Assembly: GCA_946547205.1 (NCBI GenBank)
Contig: CAMNPA010000001.1
Location: forward strand, 1-45,170
Direction of reading: 5' to 3'
DNA from: an uncultured Selenomonadales bacterium
GTDB taxonomy: Bacteria; Bacillota; Negativicutes; Selenomonadales; Selenomonadaceae
Length of the DNA: 45,170 nucleotides
Shown here: positions 42,096-45,170 of the stretch, piece after piece
Layout of the letters: every line of letters begins with the position of its first letter
How positions within the stretch are numbered: position 1 is the first letter of the stretch
Made by a program: the position numbers and the translations under genes
The notes under the pieces: model-generated
What the model was told of the DNA's origin: nothing
The model's input: only the letters and a program-made list of their open reading frames with translations
The model's database searches: none

Positions 42096-45000
42096 TTATT
42101 TGGCAGTCCACTCACGTTGATTGTGGTTGGCAGAGAATTTGGAGCCGTCAGCGAGTTGATAAGTCACGTCCGATTTGCCGTTGACTTTGAGCGAGCCGCC
42201 GTCCGTGAAACGCAAATCAACAGCATCCGCCGTGATGTTCGCGCTGACAATCTGATCAAGCGAAATGTCCGCGAGGATGACAAAGTCGCCGTCGCGTGTG
42301 CTCGTGATTGTGTCGCTGCCGTTGCCGTTGCAATAGAAGAACAGGTTTTGACCTTTGCCGCCTTGGAGCAAATCGTTGCCGCCGTCGCCGCCCCACAAAC
42401 TCGCATCGCCTTTGCCGCCGATAATTTTGTTGTCGAGGTCGTTGCCCGCAAGTTCAACATTGACGACAGATTTGCTTGCGTCCAAAGTTTTGAAGTCGCC
42501 GACGAAATACGAGCCGTTTCTATCGGGATCGCTCAGCCAAATCACCGCGTTAGTCTCAACGTCTTTGCCGACCGTCAACGTCGCATTCGAGCCTGTCGCC
42601 ACGTAGAAGTTCGCCGTATCGTCAAACGCCACGTTCGTTTTGTCAACTTTCGCGACAAAGTCATTGATTCGGAAGTCCTCGCCTTGAGCGTCTTCAATCG
42701 TCAGCCAATCGCTGTCAATCTCCACGCGAACATTTCCATTGCTCACCAAAACATCCGTAACCGCGTTGTCTCCGACGTTGATTTTGTCCGTGCCGAAGTC
42801 AAAGTTTTTAATGGTGTCGTGACCGTCGCCAGTCGTGAAGAAAAATTCCGTCGCGCCGTCTTTTGCCGTCGATTTGTTGCCGACGAGGACATCGTTGCCA
42901 GCCGCGCCCCAAATGCTGTTCGAGCCCGTGCCCGCGACTAAAGTTTCCTTGCCGTCCGAACCGATGAGCGTTGCATTTCCTGTGCCGGCCGTGAGCTGAT
43001 TTATGCCGCGAAAATGTTCGGAGTCGCTCAATTCCGCGAACAAATTACCTTCAAAGCCCGTGAAGTCGACGCCCGAATTTTTGCCGACGTAAAGGTCCGC
43101 CTCGTCGTCGCCAACGGAAATTTTTTCGTCTGCTTGAGCAATCGCCGTCTTAATCTCATTGCCGTCCGTGACCGTCAAAATTTTTGCCGCGCCGCCGTCC
43201 GAAGAAATATTTTGCAGAATCGCTCTGGCGTTGTCGCTCGTGACGCTGACATTTTCGCCGTCGAACTTCCAATCGGCACTCGTCGCATCAACCGAAAGTT
43301 TATCTCCGTCGTCAAAGCCCGCGCTGAAATTTCTAACCGTGGTTATGCCGTTGCCGAGAACAATCGTCGCGCCGTCGTCATTTGTCTCTTCAATCTCAAC
43401 GTAGTTTCTGCCCGCGCCCGCGTCAACTTGACTGCCCGCGAATGCAAATATCGAATCATCGCCACTGCCACTGACGAGCGTCGAATATTCTTCGGCGTAA
43501 AGAACCCAATTCGCCGTTTCCGAGCTAAGATTAAGTGCCGTATTTTCAATCGCCTCGCCGGCTTTTTGAAGCTTGCCGTTCGCGTTGAAGAGATTGACAA
43601 GATTGTTGCCACCGCTTCCGTCAATGATGACAGCCTCGCCGATTGTAAGGTTGCCGTTGTCAAAAACAATTTCGCCGTCGTTAACCGCCGTGAAAATGTC
43701 GGGATAATCGGTGCGGAAGCCGCTGTCCGTCGTGGCGTCGTAGCCGTCAACAGTCATCTTGCCGCCCGAAGCAAAAATTTTAGTCGCGCCGCCCGCCGTC
43801 AAATCAAGTTCAACGTTTTTGCCCGCGCTGAAAATCGAATCGCTGCCGTCGCTCGCCGTGATGTTGACTTGTGCCGAAGTTTCGTCGACGACAACCACAC
43901 TGCCGCTTTCAAGCGTGATATTTTGCGTGTCAGTCGTGTCCGCGTCGATGAAAATAATATCGGCAGTTGAATTGCCGAGCAGCTCAGCAGAATTTGCCAA
44001 GCCAAGGAAAATGTCGTTCGCCTTCGCAGTCAATGTTTTGCCGTTGACGACGAAAGAGCCGCCCAAAGCCGTCTGCAAGCTCGCGCCCGAATCAAGGTCG
44101 GAAATCTCGTTGACGGTGCCGTTTTCGTCCGCCGTAAATTTTACCGAATCATCGCCCGTGACGTTGAAAGTGTTCTCGCCGATGAAAAATTCGCCGCTCT
44201 CTTTTGTCACGAAATTAACTTTGTCGGCTGAGTTGACGACTTCCGCGCTGTTCATCAAATCGGATACCGTCACTTCGCCGGCGACGACAGAAACTTTCAC
44301 TTCCGCCGAATTGTCGACGTAAATCAGCGCGTCGTTGATGATTTTGCCGTCCAGACCGTCGCAAGTGAACGAGCCGTTCTGAAGATTTTCAACCGCGATA
44401 ATTTCTTCGCCGTCGCTTGTCACGCTGAAGGTGTCGTCGCTGTCGATTGTGAGCCCTGCAAGTTCGAGTCCGCCGAGTTCGCCGCTCAACGTCCCGATGA
44501 AATTTTCCGCCGCATAAACGCCGTCCGAATTCATTTGCAGACCGCCTGTAAAGTCGTCCGACGTCGTGAAAGTTTTTTCGCCGACAATCACACTGCCATT
44601 GCCGAGCACCGTGACTTCAGACGCGCCGCCGCTCTCAACAACTTCAACGGTGTTGCCTTCCAGTATGACGCCGATCATCGTTTCGTCGCCGGTTAAAATG
44701 TTCGTGTCGTCAGTGCCCGTCACGCAGAATTTTTTGCCGTTGAAAATAATTTCGTCGGTGAAGTCGCCTTCAATCAAATAAAATTCTTCGTCGGGATAGA
44801 GATAAAATTTATCGGTCACGATTTCGCTGACGTTGCCGCTCTCGTCCAATTTGAAAATCGTCTTGTCGGCATAAGTATTGAAAGTTTTGCCGTTAATCGT
44901 GAAAGTGTCGAGCGCAGTCGTCTCAACGTAAACATTTTCATCGTCGCTCTTCACGACAAAATTTGTGCTGTCCGTCACCTTCACGAAGACGCCGTTGACC

Positions 45001-45170
45001 GTGAGACCTTCGCTGAAGTCGCCGAACACTTCTTCAAGCCCGTCCGTCGTCGAAAGATTCATCGTGGCAAGATTTTCGGTGCTCGTCGCGGTCGTCGTCA
45101 AAAGCTCTTCGGAATCGTCGGAAGAGAAATTTAAAGACTGCGACAACAAAACTGTAGCCGCGTTGCCAAT
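42096..45170 (-). CDS. Large secreted RTX-type repeat protein (5'-partial; ORF open to the window end)
   Basis: C-terminal Ca-binding nonapeptide repeats: GSNSIWGAAGNDVLVG and LAGNDLDNKIIGGKGDASLWGGDGGNDLLQGGKGQNLFFY. Upstream is about 800 aa of acidic, Thr/Gly/Asp-rich beta-repeats with a recurring [NG]G[KE][KT]F.[VT][TS].DD motif. No stop codon lies between the track start (TTG at 45149) and position 45170. Confidence 0.85.
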   Translation of the reverse strand: MGNAATVLLSQSLNFSSDDSEELLTTTATSTENLATMNLSTTDGLEEVFGDFSEGLTVNGVFVKVTDSTNFVVKSDDENVYVETTALDTFTINGKTFNTYADKTIFKLDESGNVSEIVTDKFYLYPDEEFYLIEGDFTDEIIFNGKKFCVTGTDDTNILTGDETMIGVILEGNTVEVVESGGASEVTVLGNGSVIVGEKTFTTSDDFTGGLQMNSDGVYAAENFIGTLSGELGGLELAGLTIDSDDTFSVTSDGEEIIAVENLQNGSFTCDGLDGKIINDALIYVDNSAEVKVSVVAGEVTVSDLMNSAEVVNSADKVNFVTKESGEFFIGENTFNVTGDDSVKFTADENGTVNEISDLDSGASLQTALGGSFVVNGKTLTAKANDIFLGLANSAELLGNSTADIIFIDADTTDTQNITLESGSVVVVDETSAQVNITASDGSDSIFSAGKNVELDLTAGGATKIFASGGKMTVDGYDATTDSGFRTDYPDIFTAVNDGEIVFDNGNLTIGEAVIIDGSGGNNLVNLFNANGKLQKAGEAIENTALNLSSETANWVLYAEEYSTLVSGSGDDSIFAFAGSQVDAGAGRNYVEIEETNDDGATIVLGNGITTVRNFSAGFDDGDKLSVDATSADWKFDGENVSVTSDNARAILQNISSDGGAAKILTVTDGNEIKTAIAQADEKISVGDDEADLYVGKNSGVDFTGFEGNLFAELSDSEHFRGINQLTAGTGNATLIGSDGKETLVAGTGSNSIWGAAGNDVLVGNKSTAKDGATEFFFTTGDGHDTIKNFDFGTDKINVGDNAVTDVLVSNGNVRVEIDSDWLTIEDAQGEDFRINDFVAKVDKTNVAFDDTANFYVATGSNATLTVGKDVETNAVIWLSDPDRNGSYFVGDFKTLDASKSVVNVELAGNDLDNKIIGGKGDASLWGGDGGNDLLQGGKGQNLFFYCNGNGSDTITSTRDGDFVILADISLDQIVSANITADAVDLRFTDGGSLKVNGKSDVTYQLADGSKFSANHNQREWTAK

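Noticed and set aside
42084-43970. Two long plus-strand ORFs (285 aa and 318 aa) opposite the RTX gene
   Set aside because: The repetitive GAC/GCC/GTC-rich codons of the RTX gene leave the antisense frames free of stop codons. Their translations are Arg/Ala/Val-rich with no motifs and no RBS.
1-45170. Striking over-abundance of A(4-6)T(4-6) strings (aaaatttt and relatives) on both strands
   Set aside because: They occur inside nearly every gene and in every frame context consistent with GAA-AAT-TTT / AAA-TTT codon pairs. This looks like a genome-wide compositional and codon habit, not a discrete repeat family or binding-site array. I could not count them rigorously by eye.
1-45170. Search for CRISPR arrays, tRNA/rRNA genes, IS elements, integrases and inverted terminal repeats
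   Set aside because: No direct-repeat/spacer periodicity, no cloverleaf-like or rRNA-like segments, and no transposase or recombinase motifs were seen in any ORF. The island boundaries are therefore not defined within this window.

Overview
Bacterial accessory region, about 40 genes, almost all on the minus strand and packed into long operons with overlapping or near-abutting stop/start codons. I recognised no rRNA, tRNA, CRISPR array, transposase or integrase. There are three blocks. (A) 0.9-15.5 kb: a WYL-domain regulator plus Sel1 gene pair ends in a terminator. Then a promoter and a ~175-nt leader open a ~12.4 kb operon: small Sel1/TPR protein, an out-of-context NusG paralog, three Sel1-like repeat (SLR) proteins interleaved with two lambda-type (PPP) phosphoesterases (one degenerate and fused to an intact low-molecular-weight Tyr phosphatase), then a complete type I R-M system (hsdR-hsdM-hsdS). 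hsdR starts inside the last codons of the phosphatase fusion gene. (B) 15.7-17.5 kb: a LytS-type histidine kinase with an unusual XRE-HTH + receiver regulator. (C) 17.8-45.2 kb: a secretion and natural-product island. Its parts are a Nif11-leader RiPP precursor with a double-glycine site and a 15-aa core, a radical SAM/SPASM maturase, and a sigma-less partner-switching module (sensor PP2C, HExxH protein broken at a T8 run, RsbW-like kinase, 62-aa protein, STAS) co-transcribed with them. A divergent arm encodes tandem GNAT, ACP, KS and a His-less KS. A ~15 kb operon encodes three dynamin-like GTPases, an 844-aa pseudo-GTPase/Sel1 protein, two membrane-fusion proteins and the two-ABC NHLM-type export cassette (one ABC with a C39 peptidase). 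A >1000-aa RTX repeat protein runs off the window end. My best candidates for an undescribed system are (1) a lipidated, radical-SAM-crosslinked RiPP pathway wired to a partner-switching module and a dynamin cluster, and (2) the NusG-led Sel1/phosphatase module translationally coupled to type I restriction. All functional calls come from motifs read by eye; no database search was run.
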